Assembly (NCBI GenBank): GCA_038230375.1
Contig: JBBRNJ010000002.1
Location: forward strand, 170,016 to 234,015
Direction of reading: 5' to 3'
From: Polyangiales bacterium
GTDB taxonomy: Bacteria > Myxococcota_A > Polyangia > Polyangiales > Polyangiaceae
Length of the DNA stretch: 64,000 bases
The position numbers were made by a program, and so were the translations under genes. Shown one piece after another: positions 9,099-21,408 of the stretch (the first letter of the stretch is position 1; every line of letters starts with the position of its first letter). Under the pieces are notes generated by a model, which was given only the letters and a program-made list of their open reading frames with translations, did no database searches and was not told the DNA's origin.

Positions 9099-10802
9099 GT
9101 GAGCCGGCCGCAAGAGGACGCGCACGAGAGCAACGACGAGATCGGACCCGCGTCAGATCGCCGGCCCTTGCTGTGGCCTGACTTCAGGCCCGAATGGGTG
9201 CTGTTCGAGGACGCGCACGTGATCTTCGCGGACAAGCCCTGCGGCGTATCCACGCAGGCCGCGGATCCGACAGAGCCGGACGATCTGGTGCTGCGCCTTG
9301 GGCGCTACCGCGAAGCACGCGGCGAGCCTTCGTACCTGGGCGTGCACCAGCGGCTGGACAAGGAGACGAGCGGCGTCATGGTCTTCGCGAAGGAGAAGAC
9401 GGTGAACGCGCACCTTGCCAAGGTCTTCGAGGGGCGCGAGGCAAAGAAGGTGTATCTTGCATGCGTCGAGGGCTTCCGCGGCGACGGCGGCCCGATGGAC
9501 GACGTGCTGGACGGCAAGAAGGCGCGCGCCGTGGTGAAGGTGAAGAAGCGAGCGGGGAAGCGCGCTCTCCTGGAGATCACGCTCCTCACCGGGCGCATGC
9601 ACCAGATCCGTGCGCAGCTCGCAAAGCGTCGGGCCCCGGTGTGCGGGGACGCCCTGTATGACGGGCCGCCCGCGCCCCGACTCATGCTCCATGCGCATGC
9701 GCTGTCGTTCCCGAAGCCCGAAGGCGGCGTGTACGAGGTGACGTCGAAGGCGCCGCGCGAGCTCACGACGTGGGTGGAGGGCGCGCGCGACACGGACGTG
9801 TACGAGGACGCAGCGAGCGTGCGCCGCGTGCTGCATCGCGCGATGGAGCGCCGATTCGGCCTGGGTCGTAGCGATCACACCAACGCATTCCGTCTGGTGA
9901 ACGAGGAAGGCGACGGCCTCCCGCGGCTCGCGGTGGACGCCTACGACGGATGGCTGGTCGCGCAGCTCTACGGCACGGACGGGCCGTGGGCGAAGAAGGA
10001 GACGCGCGACCGCGTGCTGGACGAGCTCCTCGCGCTGGGTTTTCGCGGCATCTACCTCAAGGTGCGCCCCAAGCAGGCGAACGAGCTCGTGGACACCCGC
10101 CGTGAGGACCTCGCGCCGAAGCTGCCGGTGCGCGGAGAGGCAGCGCCCGACGCATTCGTCGTACACGAGCTCGGTGTGCCGTACACGGTCAAGCTCGGCG
10201 ACGGCCTATCCACGGGCATCTTCCTGGACCAGCGGAAGAACCGGCGCCTCGTGCGCGAGCTCTCGAACGGCGCGCGTGTACTGAACCTGTTCTCGTACAC
10301 GTGTCCCTTCACGGTGGCAGCGGCGGTGGGCGGCGCGTCGCAGACCGTGAGCGTGGACGCTGCGCCCGCGTCGCTCGAGTGGGGAATGAAGAACGTGGTC
10401 GCTGCCGTGGGTGAGGCGGACCGCAAGAAGCATGCGTTCGTCGCCATGGACGTGTTCGCGTACCTCGCGCGCGAGGAGAAGCGCGCGACCAGGTTCGACC
10501 TTGTGATCGTGGACCCCCCGAGCTACTCGAACACGAAGCGCCATCGCTTCTCGGCTACCTCCGACTATCCAGCGCTGCTCGCGAGCGCGATGCGCCTCTG
10601 CGCCCCTCGAGGGCGGATCGTTGCATGTTGCAACCATCGCGGAATCTCGCAGTCGAAGTTCCGCAAGTTCGCGTTCGACGCCGCCCGCCTCTCTGGTCGC
10701 TCGGTGGCGCAGGCCAAGGATCTCCCGGTGGGCTCCGACTATCCGGTGGTGGCAGGCGCAGACCCACACATGAAGAGCGTCCTCATCTCGCTGGAAAGCT
10801 GA
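9099..10802 (+). CDS. Fused RluA-family pseudouridine synthase / RlmI-K-like SAM methyltransferase
   Basis: N-half DKPCG, HQRLDKETSG, TGRMHQIR, LMLHA; C-half FRLVNEEGDGLP, TGIFLDQR, VLNLFSYT, IVDPPSY. Confidence 0.88.
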   Translation: MSRPQEDAHESNDEIGPASDRRPLLWPDFRPEWVLFEDAHVIFADKPCGVSTQAADPTEPDDLVLRLGRYREARGEPSYLGVHQRLDKETSGVMVFAKEKTVNAHLAKVFEGREAKKVYLACVEGFRGDGGPMDDVLDGKKARAVVKVKKRAGKRALLEITLLTGRMHQIRAQLAKRRAPVCGDALYDGPPAPRLMLHAHALSFPKPEGGVYEVTSKAPRELTTWVEGARDTDVYEDAASVRRVLHRAMERRFGLGRSDHTNAFRLVNEEGDGLPRLAVDAYDGWLVAQLYGTDGPWAKKETRDRVLDELLALGFRGIYLKVRPKQANELVDTRREDLAPKLPVRGEAAPDAFVVHELGVPYTVKLGDGLSTGIFLDQRKNRRLVRELSNGARVLNLFSYTCPFTVAAAVGGASQTVSVDAAPASLEWGMKNVVAAVGEADRKKHAFVAMDVFAYLAREEKRATRFDLVIVDPPSYSNTKRHRFSATSDYPALLASAMRLCAPRGRIVACCNHRGISQSKFRKFAFDAARLSGRSVAQAKDLPVGSDYPVVAGADPHMKSVLISLES

Positions 10803-10830
10803 TCGCGGGCATGCGAGAAACGAGCACCGC

Positions 10831-12351
10831 ATGACGACAAGCGCTTCCACGGTGCCAACGAACAAGCTCCCGTTCATGGACCAGGTGCGGCAGTTCCGCA
10901 GGCCGTTCTGGTTCGCGAACATCATGGAGCTGATCGAGCGGCTCGCGTACTACGGCGTCCGCGTCGTCATCCCGATCTACATCGCAAGCTCGGAGGACCC
11001 GAACGGCCTCCACTTCACGAACTCACAGAAGGGCACGATCCTCACGGTCTGGGCGCTGGTGCAGTGCCTCTTGCCCATGTTCACGGGCGGGTTCGCGGAT
11101 CGCTATGGTCGCAAGCCCACGATCGCGATCTCGATCGGCATCAAGATGACCGGCTACCTGCTCATGGCCTCGCAGCACACGTTCTGGGGCTTCTTTCTGG
11201 CATGCCAGGTGCTGGCGGCGGGCACCGCGATCTTCAAGCCTGGTGTCCAGGGCACGCTGGTGCGCGGCACCACCAAGGAGAACTCGTCCGTCGGCTGGGG
11301 CTTCTTCTATCAGGTGGTGAACATCGGTGGGTGGCTCGGGCCGCCGCTCGCGGGCTATCTGCATCGCCTTGCGTGGAAGTGGGTGTTCATCTCGTGCGCG
11401 GTGATCGTTTCCACCAACTTCCTGATGCTGCTCCTCTACAAGGACGACGACGGCGAGCTCGCAGACGCCGCGGAGAAGAAGCGCGCGGAGGAGGCGGGCG
11501 AGAAGCCGAAGGAGAAGGAGAAGGACAAGAACCCGTGGGAGGTGCTGGTCTTCTCCGTGAGCACGATGTTCCGGCCGCGGCTCATCTCGTTCATCCTGAT
11601 CATGAGCGGCTTCTGGGTCATGTTCATGCAGCTCTACGACGCGCTGCCGAACTTCATCGAGGAGTGGACGGACAGCGGCTCGCTCGTGGCAAGCCTTGGC
11701 CTCAAGGAGGGCCTGCTCGCGCAGATGACGCCGCGCGGCCTGCAGGTCCCGCAGGAGTGGATGATCAACCTGGACTCGACGGCGATCGTCTTCTTGATGA
11801 TCCCCGTCGCGGCGATCACGTCGCGCATCAGGCGACTGCGGTCGATCTTCATCGGCATGTTGATCGCGTGCGCCGGCCTCCTCATGTGCGGCCTCACGAC
11901 CAGCGGCGGGCTTTGCCTGTTCGGTATCTTCGTGTTCGCCATTGGCGAGATGACGGCGGCGCCGAAGATGAACGAGTACCTGGGCGTGATCGCGCCGAAG
12001 GGCCAGGAGGCGCTCTACATGGGCTACGCGAACGTGCCCTTCGCGGTGGGATGGACGGCGGGCGCGTACGTCGCGGGCAACGTCTACGAGTCGCTCGCGG
12101 ACAAGGCGAACCTGGCGACGCGCTACTTGAAGGAGCACGGTCAGTCGGTGGAAGGGCTGGAGCGAACGAAGGCGATGGCAGCCCTGCAGGACTTCACACA
12201 CATGGACGCGCGCGCGGCCACGCAGATGCTCTGGGACACGTACCACCCGTACACGTTCTGGTACCCCTTCGTGGCCGTTGGCCTCCTCTCCGCAGTGGGC
12301 ATGTTGATCTACGGACGCCAGGCCTCGAAGTGGACCACCGAGAACGCCTGA
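10831..12351 (+). CDS. POT-like MFS peptide transporter
   Basis: ELIERLAYYG (ExxERxxYY), GGFADRYG and FYQVVNIGG motifs; about 12 TM. Confidence 0.88.
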   Translation: MTTSASTVPTNKLPFMDQVRQFRRPFWFANIMELIERLAYYGVRVVIPIYIASSEDPNGLHFTNSQKGTILTVWALVQCLLPMFTGGFADRYGRKPTIAISIGIKMTGYLLMASQHTFWGFFLACQVLAAGTAIFKPGVQGTLVRGTTKENSSVGWGFFYQVVNIGGWLGPPLAGYLHRLAWKWVFISCAVIVSTNFLMLLLYKDDDGELADAAEKKRAEEAGEKPKEKEKDKNPWEVLVFSVSTMFRPRLISFILIMSGFWVMFMQLYDALPNFIEEWTDSGSLVASLGLKEGLLAQMTPRGLQVPQEWMINLDSTAIVFLMIPVAAITSRIRRLRSIFIGMLIACAGLLMCGLTTSGGLCLFGIFVFAIGEMTAAPKMNEYLGVIAPKGQEALYMGYANVPFAVGWTAGAYVAGNVYESLADKANLATRYLKEHGQSVEGLERTKAMAALQDFTHMDARAATQMLWDTYHPYTFWYPFVAVGLLSAVGMLIYGRQASKWTTENA

Positions 12352-12469
12352 CCCGCGCTCCCATTTGCGTGTGATCTTGGTGTGTTGCAGCAGGGCCAAG
12401 AAAAGACGGTCGGGGGTGTAAGAATGGTCTCGGTGGATGCGTTCTTGATGGCGAACGGAGGGATTGGTC

Positions 12470-13411
12470 ATGATGAAGCGTCTCTGGTTGTTTTGCGCGG
12501 TTCTGTTCCTTCTCGCGGGTTGCGGTGGCGCTGCGGAGAAGTCCGCGCAGGCACCGGCAAACGCCGGCTACGCCCGCGGTGGCGGCGCGCAGCAGAACTC
12601 TTCTAGCCCCAGCACTGCAGGCGTCTCCATGGACGCCCCTGCTCCTCCGCCGGCCGCAAGCGCGCCTGCGGACTTCTCTCCCGGCTCCGGCAGCTCAAAG
12701 TCCGCGAGCAGCGAATCACAGCCCACGCGTCCGAGCCCCGAGCCGCGGGAGCGCCAGGGCCTTGGCACCGAGTTTGGCGAGTCGCGCACCTCGCGCGTCC
12801 ACGACGTGACCTTCGTCCGCGCCGACCACGACCGCCCCATGGGCCTTGCGCAGATCTTCTACAACGACAGGAACGGCGTCGATGCGCTCGCGAACTTCCA
12901 CGCGTCGAAGGGCCCCCGCGGCCGTGACATCGAGGCGGCCGACGGCGCAGTGACCGTCAGCATTCGTGACGGCAACGGCGACGCGCTCGAGACCTCGCGC
13001 ATCGGTGACCGCACGTACATCGTCGGTCAGGCCGGCCAGCGCTACACCATCACGTTGCAGAACCGCACCCAGCACCGCTTCGAGGCCATCGCCACCGTGG
13101 ACGGCCTGGACGTCATCAACGGCAAGACCGGCACGCTCGACAACCGCGGCTATGTGCTCATGCCCTTCGCCACGCTGGAAATCGAGGGCTTCCGTCAGAG
13201 CCAGGACGCAGTCGCCAGCTTCCGCTTCGGCGCAGTCGCCGACAGCTACGCGGCGCAGACCGGCAGCGCGCGCAACGTGGGCGTCATCGGTATCGCCTTC
13301 TTCTCCGAGCGCGGCGACAGCTTCGTCAGCGAGCGCGAGCTCCGCCTCCGCGACAGCGCGAATCCCTTCCCGGGCTCGGACCCCCGCTTCGCGCAGCCCC
13401 CGCGTCGCTGA
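12470..13411 (+). CDS. Putative lipoprotein of unknown function
   Basis: Lipobox LAGC, Pro/Ser linker and a C-terminal beta-rich domain (VDGLDVING...NVGVIGIAFF). Confidence 0.75.
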   Translation: MMKRLWLFCAVLFLLAGCGGAAEKSAQAPANAGYARGGGAQQNSSSPSTAGVSMDAPAPPPAASAPADFSPGSGSSKSASSESQPTRPSPEPRERQGLGTEFGESRTSRVHDVTFVRADHDRPMGLAQIFYNDRNGVDALANFHASKGPRGRDIEAADGAVTVSIRDGNGDALETSRIGDRTYIVGQAGQRYTITLQNRTQHRFEAIATVDGLDVINGKTGTLDNRGYVLMPFATLEIEGFRQSQDAVASFRFGAVADSYAAQTGSARNVGVIGIAFFSERGDSFVSERELRLRDSANPFPGSDPRFAQPPRR

Positions 13412-13477
13412 GCCGAACCAGAGACGAGTGAACGTGAGAGCGCGATCGGCGAGAGCTGGTCGCGCTTCTCTCGTTTG

Positions 13478-14923
13478 TCAGTCGGCGGGCTTCGATTGCA
13501 GCTCGTCGAGGGCGACCTTTGGTCCCTTGAAGCGCTTCTGCACCACCAGGAAGTAGAGAAGGCAGAGGACCACCACGGTGCCCGCAAGGAGCTTGCCGGC
13601 CAGCGCGTTCGGCGGGAGCCCGCACACCACGATGACGAAGACACACCAGAGGACCGAGATGAGCGAGACCACGCTGCCCGCGCGTCCAAGGGTGAAGGGG
13701 CCTTGCCGGCGCCACTTCCCCGAGCGGCGCGCGAGCAGGCCGAAGAAGATCGGCATTCCGTAGCTCGCGTAGAGGGCCATGGCGCTCATGGCCGCGACGG
13801 CAGGGAAGACGTCGTCACTGAGGCGTGACGTGAGCGCCACGAGCAACAGCGGCGCGACGAAGAACGTGCATACTGCATACGTTGGCGTCTTGAACGTGGG
13901 GCTCACGTGGGAGAGCACATGTGGGACGCCACGGTCGCGCGCGAAGGCGAAGAGCGTGCGGGACGCGGACGTCACGCTGGAGAGGCCGCAGAACCACATG
14001 GCGAACAGCGCGAGCGCCATGGACCATCGTCCGGCGTTCGGGCCCAGCGAGTCGCGCATGATGCGGAGCGCGGCGTGCTTGTCGTCGGCCGTGGCAGCGA
14101 GGTCGTTGATGCCGAGCGTGAGCCCGCAGAGCAGCGCATAGCCCACCATGGCGCTGACGATGACGCTCGACATGATACCAAGGGGCGACTTGCGCGCGGC
14201 GTCGCGCGTCTCCTCGGCGAGGTGGGCGCTTGCGTCGTACCCGGTGAACGTGAACATGCCGAGCAACAGCGCGTTCAGGAAGCCCATGCCGTAGTGGTGA
14301 TCCGCGCGCGTGGTGAAGCCGGTCTGCGCCAGGTAGCCCACGTCGTGCTTCTTCGCGAACGCGAACAGCAGCACCACCAGCACCGCGACGCCGACGATGT
14401 GCACCGTGGCGGAGAAGTCGTTCAGGATGGCCACGAGGCGCACCCAGAACAGGTTCACGATCGCATGTGACAGCAGGATGCCGGCGTAGATCCGAAACGT
14501 GTAGGATGCATCGAGTTCGAGCGTGCCCACAAGCTGGTCGGCCAGGCCAAAGTCGATGGCGGCGACGATCGCGACTTGCCCGGTCAGGTTCACCGCCGCG
14601 GTCATCCAGCCAGCGCCCTTGCCGCCAAGGAGCGACGACCAGTGGTAGAGCGCGCCGGCCGTGGGGAAGGCGCTGGACAGCTCCGAGAGCGAAGCGGCGA
14701 CCGCGATCGTCCCCACGCACACGAGCGGCCAGCCGAGGCCGAGGCCCGCGGGTCCACCTGCCGACAGCGCGTCCTTGTAGGTGGTGATGATCCCCGTGAC
14801 CACGCTGATGACGGAGAAAGAGAGCGCGAAGCTGGAAAACCCGCCCATCGCGCGGAAGAGCTCCTGCGCGTAGCCGAACTTCGACAGCTCGCTCTTGTCG
14901 ATCTCGTCCTCCGCGCGGCCCAT
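13478..14923 (-). CDS. Amino acid permease (APC family)
   Basis: GYAQEL...FSSFALSFS, ELSSAFPTAGALYHW, GYDASAHLAEET and SRTLFAFARD motifs. Confidence 0.93.
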   Translation of the reverse strand: MGRAEDEIDKSELSKFGYAQELFRAMGGFSSFALSFSVISVVTGIITTYKDALSAGGPAGLGLGWPLVCVGTIAVAASLSELSSAFPTAGALYHWSSLLGGKGAGWMTAAVNLTGQVAIVAAIDFGLADQLVGTLELDASYTFRIYAGILLSHAIVNLFWVRLVAILNDFSATVHIVGVAVLVVLLFAFAKKHDVGYLAQTGFTTRADHHYGMGFLNALLLGMFTFTGYDASAHLAEETRDAARKSPLGIMSSVIVSAMVGYALLCGLTLGINDLAATADDKHAALRIMRDSLGPNAGRWSMALALFAMWFCGLSSVTSASRTLFAFARDRGVPHVLSHVSPTFKTPTYAVCTFFVAPLLLVALTSRLSDDVFPAVAAMSAMALYASYGMPIFFGLLARRSGKWRRQGPFTLGRAGSVVSLISVLWCVFVIVVCGLPPNALAGKLLAGTVVVLCLLYFLVVQKRFKGPKVALDELQSKPAD

Positions 14924-14970
14924 CGCGAACGACCGTACCTCATCTGGGAAAATCGACTAGTCTGCGTTCC

Positions 14971-15501
14971 GTGACAGACGACGACGACGACATCAAGCCC
15001 GTGAAGAAGAAGGTGGCGCTCAAGCCGAAGAGCAAGAGCGCGCCGCCGCGCTTCCAGGTGGCGAATCGCGTCGTCAAGTTGCTCGCGCTCGCAGTAGGCG
15101 CGTTCATCTCCGTCGTCGGCTGGATGAGCATCTTCGGCCTCTTGATTGACAGCGGCATCGTGCGCTTCGTCCTCGCGCTGCTCCCGACCATCGGCGTTGG
15201 CCTCGTGATCGTCGATCGCGTGCTGAAGCGCTTCAACGTGGAGGATCGCGGCGGGGCCATGCTGGACGTGTATGCCGTGTTCCTCATGGTGCAGGCCGTT
15301 CTCTTCGTGGTGCTCGGCGGCGTGACCCACGGTGCGTTCACCAAGGAAGGCGATCACTACGCGAAGTCTGGCTCCCGTGGCCTCGCTCGCGCGGCGTACC
15401 TTCTGGGGGGCAAGAGCCCGAGCTTCCCGGACGAGCCCGCTGGCGGAGCGTCTGGGGCAGCAGACGCCGGCGCCGGTGACGCAGGAAAGGCGGCACGTTG
15501 A
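14971..15501 (+). CDS. Membrane protein (3 TM)
   Basis: 176 aa with three hydrophobic helices; stop overlaps the next start (TGATG). Confidence 0.65.
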   Translation: MTDDDDDIKPVKKKVALKPKSKSAPPRFQVANRVVKLLALAVGAFISVVGWMSIFGLLIDSGIVRFVLALLPTIGVGLVIVDRVLKRFNVEDRGGAMLDVYAVFLMVQAVLFVVLGGVTHGAFTKEGDHYAKSGSRGLARAAYLLGGKSPSFPDEPAGGASGAADAGAGDAGKAAR

Positions 15502-16907
15502 TGCGCACCTATGGAGTCTTCCTGGCCCTGCTGGGCATGCTCGTCGCGGTCGGCTTCCTGCTCGGCACGACCCCGCGCGACGCGTACAAGGCGCCCGCAG
15601 AAGAGATCGACCCCGACGTGGACGGTGGCGCCGCGCTCTCGGACGCGCGCGCGCCAGAGGCCGGAGCCACCGCGCCGATGGAGGCCGCAGCCCCGATCGT
15701 ACCCTCGAACAAGCTTCGCCTTGCTGTGCTCTCGTGGGAGCTCGCCGCGCCGATCGCCGGGATGGATCCGGCGATGGTGGAGGCGACCGTGCTCTCCGTT
15801 CCGCAGGGCGTGGAGACACGGCTCGCGCGCGGCGGTGACGACACAGAGGGCGCAGACCTGGCCGTCGTGCCGCTCGCCGAGTTCATCTCCATGTATGACC
15901 GCCTGCGCGCGCTGGAGCCCAGCGTCGTTGCGATCGCCGGCTACTCGCACGGCAAGGAGGAGCTCACTGCACCAGGGGACGCTGCCGCTCCCAAGGCCGG
16001 TGAGACCGTCGGCACCTCCGGCGAGGCCGCCGCGACCATGCTCTCCATCTACGCGCTCGACTTCATGAGGACCGACGTGTCCAAGGTGAAGCTCGTGAGC
16101 GATCCTGCGGACGTCGCGAACGCCGCATGGGTCACCGGGCCGCACGCCGCCACCAAGAAGCGCATCGTGCTGTCCTCCGCCGATGCGTCGCGCCTGCTCC
16201 CGGCCGTGATCATTGCGCCGCGCCGCACGCGTGAGGCGAAGAAGGCGGACCTCGTGAAGTTCGTGGCCGCATGGTTCGAAGGCACCGCGCGCGTGCGTGG
16301 CAATGCGCCGGGTGTCGCGAAGGAGCTCGAGGCCCGCAAGGCGCCGCTGTTCTCGGGCGCCAGCGAGAAGCCGCAGGGCGCGCTCGCCATCGTCGAGCGC
16401 CTTGGTCAGATCGAGTGGACGACGCCGCAGGACAACACGGACGCGTTCGGCATCACGGAGTCCAAGGTGATGCACGTGGACGACCTGATGACGCTGTCGT
16501 GGCGCTTGCTTCGCACCGCGGGGGTCATCGCGGCCAGCACGCCCGCGCAGCTGCCGATCACGAAGGACATCGTAGCCGAGGCCGCGAAGGTCACGCCCCC
16601 ACCACCAGGCGACGCACCCAAGGCGCCCGCGGAGCTCATGGACGACGCGGGCGCGCCGAAGGGCCTGAACGTGCTCCTCACGCGTCGCTACGACGACCTG
16701 GACGAGGCCACGTTGCTCGCGGACATCGCGCAGACCGCGCGTCTGTTCGACCACGGCATCGTCCGTGTGACGACCCGGGGCGGCGACAAGGCCTCGCGCA
16801 CGCTCGTCTCGAAGGCGCGCAAGGAATCGCTCACGGAGCGTATTTTCCCGGGGAACGTGGCGCTCGGAACCGCGGCGGCCGCGCTCGAAGTCTGTGTCGC
16901 TCCCTGA
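15501..16907 (+). CDS. Membrane-anchored protein, divergent periplasmic-binding-protein-like
   Basis: N-terminal hydrophobic anchor; weak NMT1/SsuA-like pattern (GYSHGKE, VLSSADASRL, FVAAWFEG). Confidence 0.5.
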   Translation: MRTYGVFLALLGMLVAVGFLLGTTPRDAYKAPAEEIDPDVDGGAALSDARAPEAGATAPMEAAAPIVPSNKLRLAVLSWELAAPIAGMDPAMVEATVLSVPQGVETRLARGGDDTEGADLAVVPLAEFISMYDRLRALEPSVVAIAGYSHGKEELTAPGDAAAPKAGETVGTSGEAAATMLSIYALDFMRTDVSKVKLVSDPADVANAAWVTGPHAATKKRIVLSSADASRLLPAVIIAPRRTREAKKADLVKFVAAWFEGTARVRGNAPGVAKELEARKAPLFSGASEKPQGALAIVERLGQIEWTTPQDNTDAFGITESKVMHVDDLMTLSWRLLRTAGVIAASTPAQLPITKDIVAEAAKVTPPPPGDAPKAPAELMDDAGAPKGLNVLLTRRYDDLDEATLLADIAQTARLFDHGIVRVTTRGGDKASRTLVSKARKESLTERIFPGNVALGTAAAALEVCVAP

Positions 16908-17766
16908 CGGCGCGAGCCTCGGGCACCCGGAAGCGCTCGTGGTTCACGACGTGGTGGACCTGCTGACCACGCACAGGCCTGGCCGGGACTTCGATGGCGT
17001 CGTGCGCGTCGCGTCCGGCGTGGATCGCATCGGGTATGCGTTCGCGGTGGGCTACGACGCTGCGCTGCACGAGCTGGTGCCCGCCGCAAAGGGCCTCTGC
17101 GCGCTGGCTGCGACGGAGAACAAGAGCGCGCATCCGCGCGACATCCACACGCGCGTGTCGGCGGACGGCGCGGTGACCGGCGTGAAGAGCTTCGTCACGC
17201 TGGGGAACCTGGCCGATACGATCCTCGTCGTTGCGCGGACAGACACACCGCAGGCAGACGGGCGACCCGATCTGCGGCTCTGCTCCGTACCCGCCGCTGC
17301 AGCAGGGGTGACCCGCGAAGCCCTGCCGGCGACGCCGTTCGCGCCGGAGCTGCCGCACGCGCGCGTCACGTTCGACAACGCCCAGGGAGAGCTGCTGCCC
17401 GGCGACGGGTACGCCCGCTACATGAAGCCGTTCCGCACCGTGGAAGATCTCTGGGTGCACGTCGCGCTCTGCGCGTGGCTCTGGGGCATGGCCTCGCGTG
17501 ACGGTTGGGGGGACGCGTTCATGGCGGATGCGCGCGCCGCCCTCGCCGCTTCCAGAAGCCTCCTCTCGGAGGACCCCACGGCTCCCGCCACACACGTCGC
17601 GCTGGCCGCGCTCATCGACCGCGCGCGCGGCCTGGTGGAGCGCGCGTCGTTCTCGGAGGCACGCGCCGCGGAGAAGGCCCTCTTCGAGCGCGACAGGCCC
17701 CTCCTCTGGGTCGCCGAGCGCGCCAGGACCGAGCGCCTTTCGAAGGCCCGTGCGGCTATTGCTTGA
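16894..17766 (+). CDS. Short acyl-CoA dehydrogenase family protein
   Basis: ALAATE, VTGVKSFVT and LLPGDGY..YMKPFRTVED motifs. Confidence 0.8.
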   Translation: MSLPDGASLGHPEALVVHDVVDLLTTHRPGRDFDGVVRVASGVDRIGYAFAVGYDAALHELVPAAKGLCALAATENKSAHPRDIHTRVSADGAVTGVKSFVTLGNLADTILVVARTDTPQADGRPDLRLCSVPAAAAGVTREALPATPFAPELPHARVTFDNAQGELLPGDGYARYMKPFRTVEDLWVHVALCAWLWGMASRDGWGDAFMADARAALAASRSLLSEDPTAPATHVALAALIDRARGLVERASFSEARAAEKALFERDRPLLWVAERARTERLSKARAAIA

Positions 17767-17800
17767 CATGTGACTGCCGCAAGGCTTCCCTCGCGCCCCG

Positions 17801-19907
<2,107 letters not shown>

Positions 19908-19915
<8 letters not shown>

Positions 19916-21353
19916 GGTTCGCGGCGCGGCGCTTGTACACCGCGTAGCCAAGGTCCGTGCTTCCGATGGGGAGCACGCCCTTGCGCTCGAAGGTGTCCGT
20001 GACCCAGCTCTCGCGCAGGAGCCGCACCTCGACGTTGCGTGCGGGCTCGCCGTTCTTCTCGAGCAACAAGAGTGTGTCCACGCCGCGCGCGGAGAGCAGG
20101 CTGGGAGAGATCGCCTTCGACGTGTGACCGCCCGGCAGGTATGCGATCTCGCGATCCGTCACGCCCGCGAGATCGACGAGCGTGGCGCGCGGCGCGGCGG
20201 CTGACACCCAGCCCACGTCCACGCAGGCGATCACATGGGAGTGCGCGAGCACGGGCGCGGCGTTCGTCGCGAGGTCCGCGCGAGCCGCAAGGGTCTGTCG
20301 CGCGTCGTGGGCCCAGTTCGTGAGCCCGAAGACGTCAACCGCGAGGACGAGGACCGCGCGAATCACGACCGACGGAAGCTTCGCATCGCCCGCGGTGTCG
20401 ATCGCAAGCACGAACAGCGCAGGCACGAGCGGCACCATGAGCCGCGCGAGCGGCATGGAGTCGCCACCCACGAACACGACGGCGAGAACGTGCATGAGCG
20501 TGCCTGCGAGGATGGGACGCGCTCCAGTGCCGGGCCTTCCGAGAACCACCGGTGAGAGCACCGCGAACGGCGCGGCGGATGCGATCAGCGCGGCCCCGAC
20601 GTAGACCGCGCCGTGAGAGAGATCGCTCGGCTTGGCCGCGACCGAGAGCGGCGCTGCGGCGCCAAACCACAGCACGCGTATCAGCGCCATGAGCGCGAAC
20701 GGGCCCGCCGCGGCAAGGATGGACGACGCCCAGAGCGAGGCCTTCGCCGCGGTGCCATGGTCGTCCACCACACGCGTGAGCGCAAAGCCGAGCGCGAATG
20801 CCCCGAGCTCCGGCCGCAGCGTGGCTGCGAGCCCCGCGCACAACGCGGGCAGCGCCGGGAACCAGGCCGGACCGCGCCGCAACGTCACTGCGATCGTGAC
20901 AAGCAGCGCGGCCAGCTCCACCTCCATGCCGCTGGCGGCCCACGCCATGCTCGGCACCGACAGGAGGAACCCGATGCCCAGCAGCGCGCCCCGCCAGCGT
21001 GCGTTTCCGTGCAGCGCAGCGATGCGGCGCGCGACGAGCAGCGCGATCACTCCGTGCACGAGCACCGTGAGCGCCTTCGCGCGCAAGAGACCGTCCCATG
21101 CCGACGCACCGGCCACGAGGGGCACGAGCATGAACGCGAAGGGCAGGGGAGTGACGCCGTCGCTAGGCGCTGCGCCCACGCTCATCACGTAGCCGTCGCC
21201 GTGGGCAATATGCTGCGCATACGTCACGGGGATCAACGCGTCGTCGACACAATACCCCCAGAAAACAAGCGCAGATGCGATCCCTCCCACGAACCCGCCG
21301 AGCGTGACCGCGCGGGGTAGCAGTGTTGGTTTGGGGTGTCCACTCCGCGTCAT
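19908..21353 (-). CDS. GT-C-like polytopic membrane protein
   Basis: VDDALI..YAQHIAHGDG, SGME, RPE, VGGDSMP..R and DLAG motifs. Confidence 0.68.
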
Positions 21354-21408
21354 TGCTTGCCAAAAAGTACATGGTTGCAGGCGCAGCTCCGTACGATTTC
21401 TTCAGCAG

